Assembly: GCA_964016885.1 (NCBI GenBank)
Contig: OZ024740.1
Span: 101,742,001 to 101,806,000, forward strand
Length of the DNA: 64,000 bases
Reading direction: 5' to 3'
DNA from: Eledone cirrhosa
Lineage: Eukaryota
In this document: in pieces, positions 1 to 14,019 of the stretch
How the letters are laid out: each line of letters opens with the position of its first letter
How positions within the stretch are numbered: position 1 is the first letter of the stretch
Position numbers and translations under genes: made by a program
The notes under the pieces: generated by a model
Told to the model about the DNA's origin: nothing
Databases searched by the model: none
Seen by the model: the letters and a program-made list of their open reading frames with translations, nothing else

Positions 1-147
1 TGGATGGATTATCTCTGCTTATGGGCCTTACCAGTCACAAACAACAGCAAATCTAAAAGTTAAAAAGAAAAAATACATATTGAGTTTGGGTTTCATAATC
101 CCAATGAGTTGAGTTCTTTGTCATCTAAATTTTCTATTCATGATTTA

Positions 148-235
148 CAGTGGAACCTCGGTTCACAAATTAATTCATTTCTAAAGGCCATTCGTCAACC
201 AAAATGTTCGTAAACTGAAACTATTTTTCCCATGT
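148..235. mobile_element. Tc1/mariner-pogo (Tigger-like) MITE terminus fragment
   Basis: TA followed by CAGTGGAACCTCGGTT, typical of a pogo/Tigger TIR start; the other end was not found. Confidence 0.45.
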
Positions 236-1027
236 TAAGAAAGTATTGCCATAGTTTTTGTCAAATTCTTTGTCAATCCATAAATTTTTTTTTATTTCTT
301 TTAGTGATTTTGGGGCACATGCTCAGCCTTGTTGACTGTACACATAACAGAGGGTTGGGTTTTAATGGGTTAATATAAACAGAAAAGCTCTACCATCTAA
401 CTCCAAACTCTGATCCCACAAATGTGCCATCTCCTTTCTCTTTCAATGCATTTTTTTATCATTACTACAATGGCCACTGCTTCTCAGATCTGGCTGGTTG
501 CATGTCCTCACCACTCAAGCAATCATAACTCACTTGTCTTTTTTTCTCAAATCATCCATATTGTGTCTCTACCATCACCAGTGAAAGTACAAACCATTAG
601 GCCCAGTCTTTCTACCACAGAACATTGAACCTCTGGGATTCCTTCTTGTATGTTATTTCCTGCAGTTGTTAATTTATAACTATTCTAGAGGAACATCAAT
701 TTCATTGGTTTGGGAGAGCCTATGAAGGCCATGGGTACATCACTGTCCTACAGACCAAACCAATATTGGGGTTCTGTATAGAGTTTTGTTTTTATTCAGT
801 TTCATTCTTATATACATGATGAAAATATTACCAGGGCACAATTTCTAAATATCTGATGTTATTTACCTATTAATGAGATTCCTTCATATCATTTCATGTA
901 CTATGGTACATCCTAAGGTGTTATTGTTCATAGAGACACCATCAGTTGGGGCTCCTATAATGATCTAGCTGAAAATGGATTTTCTAATTCAAATGTTTAT
1001 AGTATTTTTAGTAGTGGACATATAATT

Positions 1028-1214
1028 GTTTCTACTTTTTGGCACAAGGCCAGCAATTACCCAATACATTACTGGTACTTTATTTTATCGACCCCGTAAG
1101 GATGAAAGGCAAAGTTAACGTCGGCGAGATTTGAACTCAGACCATAAAGGGCTGTAACTCTTTGCTGCAAAGCATGGCGTCTGACCCCCTACCGATACTG
1201 CCACTCCACCGCCC
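1028..1214 (-). mobile_element. tRNA-derived SINE, family A, with 16-bp TSD
   Basis: Minus strand starts GGGCGGTGGAGTGGCAGTATCGG (A box) and has GAGTTCAAATC (B box); central CCTTTCATCCTTACGGGGTCGATAAAATAAAGTACCAG; TSD TAGTGGACATATAATT at 1012-1027 and 1215-1230. Confidence 0.92.
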
Positions 1215-2839
1215 TAGTGGACATATAATTTGGGATAATTTGAGTAAACTAAAGAATGTAATTTTTAATTGTGATGCAGTCAAATTTCTGTTTTGTACTT
1301 TTCCCTTATGCGTTGCTAATGCAGTTTCATTTGTTGCAGGTTGTTAAGAGCTGCTAATGTGACATTTACTATGATATTGGGTCAGACAGAAAACTGAAAC
1401 AGTCTTTTCCTCTCTGCTATCATTAGAAGGCCTGATTTAGGGTGGGGCCTCTAATCTATTTGCTCCCTGCTCCATCCTCAGCAGATACCCATGAGAGCTA
1501 ACATAGGTAGTGGAATAAATGTATAAATACCTGAGCTGAATTGTTAATAGGCCAACCCTTGTTAGCAGGAGAAACAAACATTAAATGATGATGAATTTTA
1601 TAATCTTTCTGAATATTAATCTCAACTTTTGAAAATTTTGTAAATATTTACATTTACCTATGTTGGTATAAATACACACCAAGCAATTTAAGTCCATTTT
1701 TCCCTACTAAAGTTGTACCGAGGTTAGCCTTGTGAGCCCCATGATAGTTTTCATACTCAATATGGGTCCCTTTTTGAAGCAATGTTGTACAGCCAGATGC
1801 TTTTCTTAGATGTCAACTCTTTTAGTCACGTCTTACCACATGCAGGGATATAGTGCACCTATTCTAAACCAGAAACACAGTAAGCTGTTCATATATATAC
1901 ATATATGTGGGTGTAAAGTTCATCTCTAATGTTGAGGTTAACAGCCCCAAATATTAAGATATCAAGTAATAACTCCCATTTTAAAGAAAATAGCTTGTTA
2001 AAAGAGATTTAGCCGCTTCATGAATCAAATTGAACAAACCATGTAGAAACTTATTTACTGGCTGAAGGGCATAAGGACATTTAAAGAGGGGAGGGACAGG
2101 ATTTTGGCAGACACAACGATTGTGAGTACAATTATTATATCAAAACAACGAGTATCTCTCTCTCACATTCTCTCTATTTCCATCTCTCTCAAACTTAATT
2201 ACTATGGATCTATTCAATGTTTTCCTTTAAGGTAAAATTTACAAGAAAAAATATGTACAAAAATAAAAAAACAATACAAAAAATAAAACAAAGCAAATAG
2301 TTCTTCCCCAAATTATTAGGTTCAGCTATTTTTTCTTCTCTCATCCCACCTGTTTGCAATACCTTAGATGTAATTGCTTTTAGTATTAGCCATCTTAAGA
2401 TAATTGAGCCAAAATTTGTGAATTGAAAAAGAAAGAAAGAGAACAGAAACAAATGAAAGGAAGAAGAAAAAAAAACAACTTTTTTTTTCATATATTTATT
2501 TAATTTTTATTTATTTAATTGTTTTTAAAAACTTTATATATTTCTTTGTGTTTATTTTATTTTATTTTTTTTCAATTACTCTGAATATTTACAATATTTG
2601 AGATGAGGGAATTGATTTTAACAGTGCTGCAATGTACTGAATAATTGTGATGGGCTTTGCTGTTTGAATTCATGTAAGGATTCTAAAACACTAATTACAA
2701 TTTTAAATTTCAAAACACTTAGGTTAAGTCTGCATTGTTTGTTTTTTTATTTATTCATATTTTTTGTTCTTTTTTCTCTGTGTGTTAGTGTGCAATGTAT
2801 CATATATATATATATGTGTGTGTGTATATATATATATAT

Positions 2840-3215
2840 CAGGGGTGAAGGGTCCGTGCATGCATTATAGAATCTTGAGTTGATCAATTGCGTTGGTTGA
2901 AGCAAGCAGAATTTTGGCTGCTTACTAAAACGTATAGACACAAAAAAAGATAACACACACACACATACACACAAACACATACACACAAACACACAACAGC
3001 TTTGGGGCAAGCAGAATTTTGATTGCTTACTAAATCATAGACACATAAAAAGATAACACACACACACACACACACTAGATAACACTACATGCGGCCTTGA
3101 CCGGGAGGGTCATTTAGAGGGAATTGGGGGGGGGGGGGGTAAGGCTGCACAGCCCCACTTTCCGCCATGGCGATTGGACTGCATACTCTGCTTTCTAGGT
3201 TACCCTTCGCCACTG
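2840..3215. mobile_element. hAT-like MITE inserted in (TA)n
   Basis: 14-bp imperfect TIRs CAGGGGTGAAGGGT / CAGTGGCGAAGGGT (reverse complement); TA tracts on both flanks; internal tandem duplication of about 105 bp (about 2903-3075). Confidence 0.6.
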
Positions 3216-3228
3216 ATATATATATATA

Positions 3229-3264
<36 letters not shown>

Positions 3265-3562
3265 GATATATGTGTGTATGTATGTTTGTGTGAGTGAGTG
3301 TTATATATGTTTATATATATTCAAAATTTCAATTAAATTCATAATAGCTGGAATTTTCTAGACCTTTATAAACTGTAATGCAATAATTAACCAGAAATTT
3401 CCCATTATGATTAATTTTTTTTTTTTTTTTTTTTTAGCCAAATTAGCTCTGGAAGGGACAAATGATTTTTATTTGTGTGTGTGGTTGTGTAGATCATCTT
3501 TTTGGGTGGATGTGTAGATTTTTTTTCATATTATTATCATTATTTTCATCCTCATTATTGTT

Positions 3563-3659
3563 GTTACTACTACTACTCCTACAACTACTACTACTGCTAT
3601 CACCAACACCACCACTACTACTACACCACCATCACCACCATTACTACTCCCACCACCAT

Positions 3660-3705
<46 letters not shown>

Positions 3706-3707
3706 GA

Positions 3708-3744
<37 letters not shown>

Positions 3745-3750
3745 GATACT
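3563..3750. repeat. (TAC)n/(CAC)n trinucleotide microsatellite
   Basis: Direct reading. Confidence 0.95.
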
Positions 3751-4453
3751 GAGTCTTTAATAGCCTGGTTTCATGAATTGGAATATTTAGAAATAATTAG
3801 TAAAAAATGATGATATTCAGGTCATTTAAATTGAATAATTATATCAATGGAAATTCTATTTTTTGTGTTAATAAAATTATAGCAAAAAAAAATTGCAATG
3901 TTTAAAAATGGATTCTAATTCTCGATATTTAAAAAAGTGTTTTTTTTTATTTTTTTTTTTTTTTTTTAAATAAATATTACTATAAATCAAATCTTAAAAA
4001 TAGTATTTTATGAAATTTATGGCATAGAAAATAAGTTATTAATTCTTTGAGTTGCACAAACCAATAAGCTATGAAAATTGCCATCGAAATATAAAGAGGT
4101 ATTTATTATTAGTTCTCTTATTAACTGCTAAAGGTTATACAATGAATGAAGATGAAATATAAATAACAAAGAACATAAAACTAATGGATCTAGTTACAAT
4201 AATGATTGAAAGAGAGAGAGAGAGAGAGAGATTCTCTTATTGTACAGAATTAAAATGAATTTATTGGAAGTTGTTCCAGGATATTGAAATATAGATGACA
4301 TAGTCATGGTGAAACTTGTTCAAGAGATGTGGTGGGAAACCTTGTATCTGGAAAGAAGATTGTTGGCAATGTTAACAAAAGGCCAAGATATCAAAATAAT
4401 ATCAAATTAGTATAGCAGACAATAGATGCCTTGCTGGTTACTATTTTATTGCT

Positions 4454-4710
4454 TAACCCTTTCATTACCATATTTCCATACACTGCCTATGATTTTTATA
4501 TAATTTGGAAAATAATCAAGAATTTGGAGACATTTAGTAATACAATTAATTTTCTTATTATTAAGCTGGCATTTGAGGTATAACATAACTAAGGTTCTTA
4601 AATAAGATTATGATGGACAGTTTTTAGATAAATATAAATACTTTAAAATAAACAGCATCGTATCATAGAACCAGGCAGAGTTTCATGTTATTTTGTATTA
4701 AATGGGTTAA
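4454..4710. mobile_element. piggyBac-like MITE (decayed); related relics at about 4920-5161 and 50590-50700
   Basis: TTAA-CCCTTT...AATGGG-TTAA termini. Confidence 0.5.
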
Positions 4711-5169
4711 CTGTATAGACAAGATGAAGTAGTAGAGATAGATAGATGAAGATATTAAAGAAAAAGACTGACAGACAGAATTGTATATAGACAAAATATT
4801 TAAGCTAAATGTTTAACTGTATAGAAAGATGAGATGAAAGAGATAAAAATACAGATGGATAGGTATACCAATACATTATGTGAAGATTATTCACATAATG
4901 GATGCCTGTTGGTGATGTGCTTAAAATCCTTTTGTTACCAAACCACCTCTGATTCTATGATACAAAACTGTTTATTTTAAAGTCTTTATAATTTTATAAT
5001 TTCATGTAAGAACCTTTGCTAAGTTATGTTCTAAACACCAGATTGATAATGAGAAAATTTGTTATATTACTAAATCTTTCTAAATGCGAGATTATTTTCA
5101 AAATAAAATGAAAATCATTGGCACTTTTTTTTCAAGAGAAATATGGTAACAAAAAAGTTAATGCAGAAT

Positions 5170-5480
5170 ATGCTGTTGTACACACCAGCTCAGAATTCAT
5201 CATTATAAAAATAGCAGGCCAAGTTGGCGACTAACCCAGGCTGCGCTGCTCATCAAGCAAAATAGAGCAAACTATTCAAATATTGCTTGCTCTCCAATAA
5301 GTTTGTGGTCAAACCAGTTGCAATGGAAACCTCTGGTTTTCTTGATCCCAAGAGTACTTCTCTATTCACTACTATTGAAACAGAGTTGGCTACCTGCAGG
5401 AGTGAACCCCATGAGTTGGAACAACTATTCCAACAGATACCCCTCCATCATCTGAGGCAACGTTTTCTCCATTCTGTCTG
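5170..5480 (+). pseudogene. Relic C-terminal restriction-like endonuclease region of a CRE/HERO-type non-LTR retrotransposon
   Basis: LSNKFVVKPVAMETSG...LATCRSEPHELEQLFQQI resembles the FxPvAvETxG...GepRexxxLfQRis tail of REL-type elements. Confidence 0.55.
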
Positions 5481-5796
5481 CATGGATCATGTGACAGCCT
5501 ACACTGGACAGACTCTAACTCCGCCCAGGTCCACACCACTGGGATAGCAATGCTGAGTCAGTCAATTAATACTTTCACTCTCAAAGGAAGAAATAACTAT
5601 ACATACATCTTCACTCGTATAATTGATAAGACTACATGGTCACATCACTTGTTCAATATAGCAGCCAAATCTCTCTAAAATCACAATTTAATGCCTTCCA
5701 AAAGAGGGGCATTGATGTTGATCGTTGTTTCATATACACAATAAAAAACAAAGTTACTAACCTATTTACTGTTGATGGTGATTATGGTATAGAAAA

Positions 5797-5980
5797 TAAT
5801 TGTTTTTACTTTTGGCACAAGGCCAGCAATTATCCCAGTTAAACATTACTGGTGCTTTATTTTATCAACCCCAAAAGGTAAAGTTAACCTCAGCGGGATT
5901 TGGGCTCAGACCATAAAGGGAGGTAACTCTATTCTGCAAAGCATGGCGTCTGACCCTCTACCGATACTGCCAATCCCCTG
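5797..5980 (-). mobile_element. SINE family A
   Basis: Colinear with 1028-1214. Confidence 0.88.
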
Positions 5981-7705
5981 GTTTCAGAGGTGATGAGGGA
6001 AATGATAATATGACATACAATAATGATGATAATGGTCATAGTGGTGGTGGTGGCAGCAGCAGCAATGATAAATATGAAGATGTTATTTGTGGCAATAATA
6101 GGGATGAGGAGGATTTCACATAGGTGTCTCTTTAAAATATAATTCTAAATTCCTCGACATTAATTTTCTGATAATAACACAAAATTATGCTTTATCCTTT
6201 TCTCACGTTTTACATCCATGGAAATAATGAAAATTGTTGTTACCCTACATATATGCAGTTGCTTTTGTTGTTGTTTACCTACAGGTTATCCCTGCTTCAG
6301 CATACCTATGATCAATAACATTTCAGCTGTGACCATTCTGTCTTTTTAGGTGTTTGTTGGTCCATATTATCTAATGTGTTTTATCCTTATATGTGATGGT
6401 TTAACCATGTAAAGGTTACACCATCTTATAAAAAGACTAGGGACATTAGATCATATAAGAATGTTTTTTCAAGTAAAATACAGTGAAAGAATTGTTAAAC
6501 AATGAGTGTTTTGTAATGTAGCATCTGCTCTTCTTCATTCACTTATTCCTGGGAGGATTGTGGAGGCAGAATCTTCAGACATGCTTTCTAATACCCTATG
6601 GCTTGTAAAGTTTATGTACTAAGAATTCAAAATATCAAAAGGGGAATTTTTTTCACAGGGGTGGGGGCTTCTAAAGTAATAAAAATGAATAAATTAGCAT
6701 GAAATTAAAGTGGAAATGGAAAAAGTAGTATGTTTGAAAAAAGATAACCAGATTAAAAGTATTACTGGAATAGGGTAGAATTTGAACAGATGGATAAATA
6801 TATCAAACATTGGGCCAAACAAGGGGGATTTTATGTGGTCACTCCAGTTGCTAGAATAGTTGAAATAACATTTTAGATAATGTGATCCTCAGTGCACTCT
6901 ATTGAAAACAAAAATCAGTATGATCAATTGCGAGAATGCTTTTCTCTTACGGCTGACATGAGGCTAAATAACACAGCAACAACATGTGTGAGAAATCATT
7001 GACACTAGTTTTGCTTTAAAGAAAATGAAAGCATCTCATCCAATTCACCAAATTCATTGTGTATATACACATTAAAATTAAAAATTATTTTGGTTAGGCT
7101 TGGTTAGGTTGAGGATTAGAGTTTGTTAAAGTTATCTCATTAGCTCTGGTGTGTGTGTGTATATGTGGATGCAGGGCATGTGGATTGATTCTGGTGAATC
7201 AGATGGGATATTTTCATTCCCTACAAAGGAGAGTTATTGTCAATGATAACCAAAAGGGGTTAAAATCATGAGATATTAGACATTGTAAGCATCAGTTTGA
7301 TTTAGAAATTACTGTGACCAAAATTATGTACTTTTCAATGTCTGCAGTGTCTGCCTCTGGTTATTAGTACATTTAAAATATTACTATTAAATTTAGATTT
7401 ATATTATTTTCAATTTCCTTCTCAACATAAAATATACATAACATCTTACACATTAATAGTTTTCATATTTTATATGTATATTTTTATTTGTAAAATTTAT
7501 TCTCAAGGGAAAAATAAATTGTGTTGTTTGCTTCTTTGTTTTGTTTCCTCATTTTGCATTTAATTTTTTTGTGGCCTGATGTTATGCACATTATGTTTTA
7601 GTGTAAAAGAAAAGCTATTTTTGAGAAAAGTTTTTGTCTTTATTTTCTTCTTTATCTTGTATAAGCCTCTCAATGCAAACAATGACCAATAAATGAAGGG
7701 CCTCT

Positions 7706-7780
<75 letters not shown>

Positions 7781-7909
7781 GTGAGGTTTTTTTACAAAAT
7801 GAAAAATAACCGAGGTGTCCTACACAAGTGAAAGTATAAAGAAAAAAAGATGAAATCGAAAATGCAACTGGAGTCTTATTTTTAAAAAAATATATATATT
7901 TATTTGGTT

Positions 7910-7947
7910 CCTTTACCGGTTTCACAGTTCTTCTGCTTTTCAAAAGT
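7910..7947 (-). ncRNA. Decayed minimal hammerhead ribozyme
   Basis: Minus strand: CTT-TTGAAAA(mutated core)-GCAG AAGAA CTGT-GAA-ACCGGT(palindromic stem III)-A-AAG. Confidence 0.45.
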
Positions 7948-7982
7948 AGAGTTGAGATGGAGGGTCTGTGGTTTTTCTCACA

Positions 7983-8245
7983 TCTGTATATATATATATT
8001 ATATATAAAAATGAAAATGTCTGTGTGTGTGTGTCTGTTCCACAAGGCCGATTTTCAAAATTTTTTTTGTAATCAACCACAAATTCATCAAGGCAAGTCG
8101 GCACGACATTGCAAATGATTGATCCCCTTTTGACCAGGTAAAAAATCGATAAAACTGACTATAGGTACGACTTTGCACAGAAAAAATCTCTATATCTATA
8201 AAAATGAAAAAGTGAGAGTGAAAGAAACAGACAGACTAATAGGGG

Positions 8246-8297
<52 letters not shown>

Positions 8298-8490
8298 CAG
8301 ACAGTGTGTTTGATACATGACAGTGGAAGAGGGGAAGGAAAGATATAACTAATTAACATGTGTGTGTGTGTGTGTGCATGCACGTGAGTGTGTGTGTTCG
8401 TGCAGCGTTCCAGTATGAATTAAATCTATTAACATGTGTGTGTACGTGTACACGTGCATGCGTGAGTTTGCATGCATTTGAGCGTTTGCA

Positions 8491-8538
<48 letters not shown>

Positions 8539-11086
8539 AGGGAAGACTTTTGTCATACAACTTCTCCTTGCCAAGGTTCGACAACACAGACACATAGCAT
8601 TTGCTGTTGCATTTTCTGGTATTGCAGCAACCTTGCTTCCTGGAGGGAAGGACAGCACATTCAGCCTTCAAACTCCCCCTCAATATGAGAGCAAATGACA
8701 CACCCTGCTGTAATATTACCAAATGATCAGAAAAGGCACAACTGCTTAAAAGGTGTGAACTTATAGTTTGGAACGAATCTACTATGGCTCATAAAGGAGC
8801 TTTGGAGGCACTGGACCAAACTTTAAGAGATATAAGAGACTCCCAGGATCCCATGGGAGGCGAGACTGTCCTTTTATCCAGAGATTTAGACAAACCCCCC
8901 CTGTTATTCCCAAAAGAACAAGGGCTGATGCTATTCGAGCATGCTTAAAGTCATCTCCGCTTTCGCGTTATGTCACAACATTAACGCTCTCTACAAACAT
9001 GAGAGCTCGGATGGTTGGTGACCAAGTGTCATCAGATTTTGCTACCAACCTATTGACACTTGGGAATGGCAAAGTGCCACTTGATGAAGATGAAAAATCT
9101 CCCTCGAACTGGTCTGCACTTTAGTCGACAGTGCTGACGACTTGACAGATGCAGTATTCCCTGAGTTGAGCACTAACTACCAAAATCCAAACTGGCTGTG
9201 CGAAAGGGCAATACTGGCTCCGAAAAATGAGACTGTCGACAAAATCAACGGACAACTGCTTAAGTCTCTTCCTACAGCTTGGTGTACATACAAGTCCATC
9301 GATACAGTCACAGACCCCATTAACTACCCAATTGAGTTTCTTAACTCATTGAACCCCTCCGGGTTGCCATCTCATCGATTGGAACTTAAGCAAGGATGCC
9401 CAATTATGTTTTTGAGGAATTTACACCCACCAAAACTCTGCAACGGCACCCGCCTTACAGTAAATAAACTAACGCAAAACTTGATTGAGGTGACGATTCT
9501 CTCGGGGTGTGGAAAGGGGGAAAATGTTTTGATCCCAAGGATTCCCCTTTGTCCGTCAACATCAGAGATCCGCTTTTCATTTAGTAGGCTCCAGTTTCCA
9601 GTTCGTTGTAGTTTCGCTATGACGATAAATAAGTCTCAGGGGCAAACATTGTCCGTCGCGGGAATAAACCTAGAAGAGCCATGATTGTCGCACGGTCAGC
9701 TATACGTTGGATGTTACAGAGTGGGAAGCAAAAGAAACCTTTATGCATTTGCTCCGAACGGTAAAACCACAAACATTGTGTACAAAGAAGTTCTGTAATC
9801 AACACTGCAACACAAACCGTCTTCTAACAATCAAATACTTCGCTGCTTTCAATAATTATCAAATTGTAGACATACTGCCTTTTTAAAATTCATAACACCA
9901 TACATTTTCGACTGTAAACATTGTGACCACTTTGAGCTGCACGGTATTGAAATGCATGTTCCCCCCGGTTGGTTGAGCCAGTTTTCCATGGATTCGCCAG
10001 CGCGTGCAGCAGACGTTGATTCACATGTCTTTGCTGCCGCAGTTCACGCCGTGTTTTGGTTGATACAGCTCAAACAGCAGCGTTGACTCACAGTTCTTTG
10101 CTGTCGCAGTTGATGCTGTGTTTCGGTTGATGCAGCTCGAGCTGCGGTAGTTGACTCCCATTTTTTTGCTGCTGCAGCTGACGCTTTGTTTCGGTAACGC
10201 AGCTCGAGCTGTGGAAGTTGCCTCAGCATTTCTATGCCACCGTAATGAATGCTGTGGTTCGTTCTCTGTATCTCCTGCAATAGATGTTGCCTCAATATTT
10301 GCTTTCTGTCACAGTGAGGGTTGAGAATCGTTTTCTGCACCTCAAGCAGCAGCAGTTGCCTCAGCATTTATTTGCTGTCGCAATGAACATTGTGTTTCAT
10401 TTTCTGCATCTCGTGCAATAGAAGTTGCTTCAGCATTTTTCTTTTGGCGTAATAATCGCTATTCGTTATTCTCTGTTACTTTTGCAATCGAGGTTGGTGC
10501 AGAATTTGTGTTGAGGAATTTTGAGCGTCCTTCATGTTTGGTCTATGTCACTGCAATCAGTCTAAGGAAAGCAACGTCACAGTTTCTATTGGCAGTCACA
10601 ACTATACAGAATGGTAAGCATTTCAAACTACATAAATCATTAGAATGCCTACATATACGCAATGCATAACGAAAAATGTACATGTTTCTACTGTAGCAAA
10701 TGTATGCCCCCCCCCCCCTCATTTGTACCTTTCACTCAAAGTCGTCATACATTATCTCTGTCATCCCACATCGACTTCAGTCCCTGAATTGCCCAACATC
10801 CGACATTGTCATAAATTCCATGTGATTCAATTTTGGGTTGCTGACTTCCTTGTGGCATAGTTCGTGTTTGGAGCTTCACCGCGTCGTCACACATTTACAC
10901 TCATTCATCTTTTCATATGCCATAACATTTTACCGTTTTTACATCGAACAACACATACTTCTTATGGTTAAAAATAAATGGGTTTTTTTTTTGGGGGGGG
11001 GGAGGCGTGCTACGTTGTTTTCTCTTTAAAAATATTAATTACTAATGGTAGACTTACACCCGGTCAACGCCGGGTATGGCTGCTAG
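7983..11086 (+). mobile_element. Non-autonomous, internally deleted Helitron
   Basis: 5' A|TC...TATATAAAAATGAAAATGTCTG; 3' hairpin ACCCGG-TCAACG-CCGGGT (11058-11075) followed by CTAG|T at 11083-11086; internal PIF1 helicase remnant. Confidence 0.85.
8560..9797 (+). pseudogene. Helitron PIF1-family helicase C-terminal region (frameshifted)
   Basis: ORF 9142-9684 has ERAILAPKN, LNPSGLPSHRLELKQGCPIMFLRNL..KLCNGTRL, QFPVRCSFAMTINKSQGQTL; the upstream DE/GGxxVLLxGDFRQ region is broken. Confidence 0.92.
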
Positions 11087-11144
<58 letters not shown>

Positions 11145-11218
11145 TGCATATATATATATATATAATATATATGAATATATATATATATATATATACATAC
11201 ACATACATACACACACAT

Positions 11219-11251
<33 letters not shown>

Positions 11252-11642
11252 TGATCATTAACCTTTATTTGACTATATTTCTAACAAAGTATGCAGCATA
11301 TGTGTTTCAGTTCATTTTTGAAATAATCAAATATTTGGAGCAATTTAGTATCATAACTAACATTTTCGTTAATTTCATATGTGTAGCTGATAATCAAGAA
11401 ATAAATTAACAGATTTTGATGTAAAATTATGATGGAAGCTGTTATATTTGGGGAAGGTCATTTTGCCAATTTTGCCTATAAAAATACATGCACTAGTTGA
11501 GTTTCACTTTATTATTATTAGTTATTGGTTTTGGGTATGGATTGGCAGTATTGTCAGAGTTATGGCTTTTACGTTCCAAGTTCAAATCTCAACAATTTGC
11601 TTTTCATCCTTATGGTGTTTATAAAATAAAGTAGTAATAAAA

Positions 11643-11830
11643 ATTGTTTCTACTTTTGGCACAAGACCAGCAATTACCTCCAGTGCATTACTGGTAGTTT
11701 ATTTTATCGACCCCGTAAGGATGAAAGACAAAGTTAACCTTGGCAAGATTTGAACTCAGAATGTAGAGGGCTGTAACTCTATGCCACAAAGTATGTTGTT
11801 TGACACTTCAATGACTCTACCAATCCACTG
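11643..11830 (-). mobile_element. SINE family A
   Basis: Colinear with 1028-1214. Confidence 0.85.
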
Positions 11831-12538
11831 TCAGCTATGAAAACAAACCACTGCCAAACCATTGCAGTAATAAAGCACTTGGGTCAGTTTAATTCCCCTC
11901 CCCAAAAACTGTTGGTCTTGTGCCTAAATCAGAAACAATTGTTAGTTACTGGTTAGTTTGTCAAAGCTCTTTCATCACACATTATGTGGCTTCCTCATTA
12001 ACTATTTGTTCTACTTTTCTGTGCCTCCTCTACTTTCTGATCATATTTTGTTTACTCCATCTTATCTTTCTGTGGTACATTTTCTTGTCTGTGCATGTGT
12101 TTGCCTTTGTACTTGTCTGTCGGTGTGTGTGTGTCTTGTGTGCATATGTAACAATATGATGGAAGGTTTTGAATTTTAATATGAATACTTTAGATCTTCT
12201 CTGATTTGTGGTCTTTTTGGTCCATGTACCACAGACTATCAATATATAAACACACACACACAACACACACTCACTCACACACATGTACATGCACACACAC
12301 ACAGTCACACACACAACACACACACATATATATATACATATATGTATCATATATATATGTATATGCACTGATGCCCATCTTTTTCCATTCAAGGGCTCCA
12401 ATACTAGATTATTTTCTTTAGTAAAAAATACAGTGAAATCTAATTCAATATATATATATATATATAGGAAACAAACAAGAGGATGCAATAACATGAAGTG
12501 TATTACTTTCATGCTTGGAGGAAGAAGTGTGAATTGTA

Positions 12539-12575
12539 TTGTCAACATGTTGGGCATTTGCCCTTCATCAGGAAA
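12539..12575 (-). ncRNA. Decayed minimal hammerhead ribozyme
   Basis: Minus strand: CTGATGA-AGGGC AAAT GCCC-(GA lost)AACATGTT; lies in a short unit bounded by TA repeats. Confidence 0.5.
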
Positions 12576-12655
12576 AAACACAAAAGGAAAAGTTGAAATA
12601 AAATGGAATATAGAAAATGAAAAAGTTGTTGAAATATATATTTAGACAATGGGCT

Positions 12656-12702
12656 AATTTGGTAGACATAACTGTATAAAATACAGTTATGTCTACCAAA
12701 TT
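12656..12702. repeat. Perfect 22-bp inverted repeat with 3-nt loop
   Basis: AATTTGGTAGACATAACTGTAT-AAA-ATACAGTTATGTCTACCAAATT. Confidence 0.95.
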
Positions 12703-14019
12703 TCTCTCATAAGCACTGGTCAACCTAACACTATAGTAAAAAATTACTCCAGGTGCTACACAGTGGGACAGAACCCAAAATTATGTGATTGCAAAGCAAA
12801 TTTCTTAACTACAGTCATATTTACACCTATATTAGGACTTTTTAATATTGATGACCCTACTGCTAAAAATGCCTAAGTTACATTGATTTTCATGTGACTT
12901 AAGTTCTTTTAGCACCTGGGTATTCAATTGTTATTTATTACCAACAAATTATTTGGGGTTTTTTTTAATGACTTTATGGTTATCATAATTTTTTTTTTTT
13001 AGTTATCCAGAGTTGTTTATGGAAAGAAATTAGCTTTAAATTCTGAAAGATGAGAAAAAAAAATCGATAAATATTTCTATCAAGTATTATTTATGACTGA
13101 AGATATACTTTAAATTCTGGCAATGCTTAAAGGGAATAAAGCATTCTTTCAATAATAAATTTTATTTTACTTCATTGATGTTTATGGTTAAAAATTAGCT
13201 TCAAATTCTAGAAATGATTCCGAAAAAGTTGAGAAAAGAAACAATGGAATAGTTTCACTGTAGGTTTATTTTGTGTTTTGGTGTGTGTTCTTTTTTGCTA
13301 TTGTTGTTTTTTTCATGATTAAAAATAAGTTTTCAATTCTAGAAATGTTATAAGTTATGAAATAATCGCTATATGGTAATTTTATTATCAAATAGATAAT
13401 GAATACTATACATAGAAAAGTGTCATTTGTATGTTGTTGTTGGGTGGACAGTACTGACAGAGGGAAGAAGAGACTGTGAAAGATGTAGGAAGATGTGTTG
13501 TCAATGCAACATCTCAAGATGGCAGTGGAGATGATAAGCAAATGAGTTAAAGGCATTATGTTGTATAGGAGAATTACTCAACTCATATATAGGAAAATTG
13601 GTGTTAACTTGAAGCTGTTGTTGCTTATTGTTGTTATTTTATTTAGCCATATGAGAATCATGGTCAAACAGAATTATGATGAAAAGATTTTAACTGTGAC
13701 CATCCCAACATTTCATAAAATCTAGGAATGGATTGTCTAATGTGTCCTTCCTGTTGTGGGTGCAGGTATGGCAATTATGTGGCTCTGGGTTCAATCACAC
13801 AGCATAGCATCTTGGGCAATTTTTTAACCATAGCTTCAAATTGACTGAATCCTTGAGTGTGAAATGAGGTAAATGGAAACTGTGTAGATGCCTGTTAGAT
13901 GGAGTGTACATGTGATTCAAAGGTCAAGCTTTATCATGCTGTGTAACACTAATTCTGCCTGAGGAATTCAATAAGTGTCCTTATATGTGAGGAATTCTCA
14001 ACTACTTACTAGTCAGACA

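Noticed and set aside
685-783. Imperfect inverted repeat ATTGGTTTGG/CCAAACCAAT
   Set aside because: Short, no TSD or second copy; cannot support a miRNA or MITE call
1028-1214. A/B boxes suggesting tRNA genes
   Set aside because: They are SINE heads with body, tail and TSDs, not complete cloverleafs
3462-3810. Poly-His/Tyr/Thr ORFs (mucin-like)
   Set aside because: Explained by the (TAC)/(CAC) microsatellite
9142-9684. Host PIF1 gene
   Set aside because: Intronless, frameshifted and enclosed by Helitron termini
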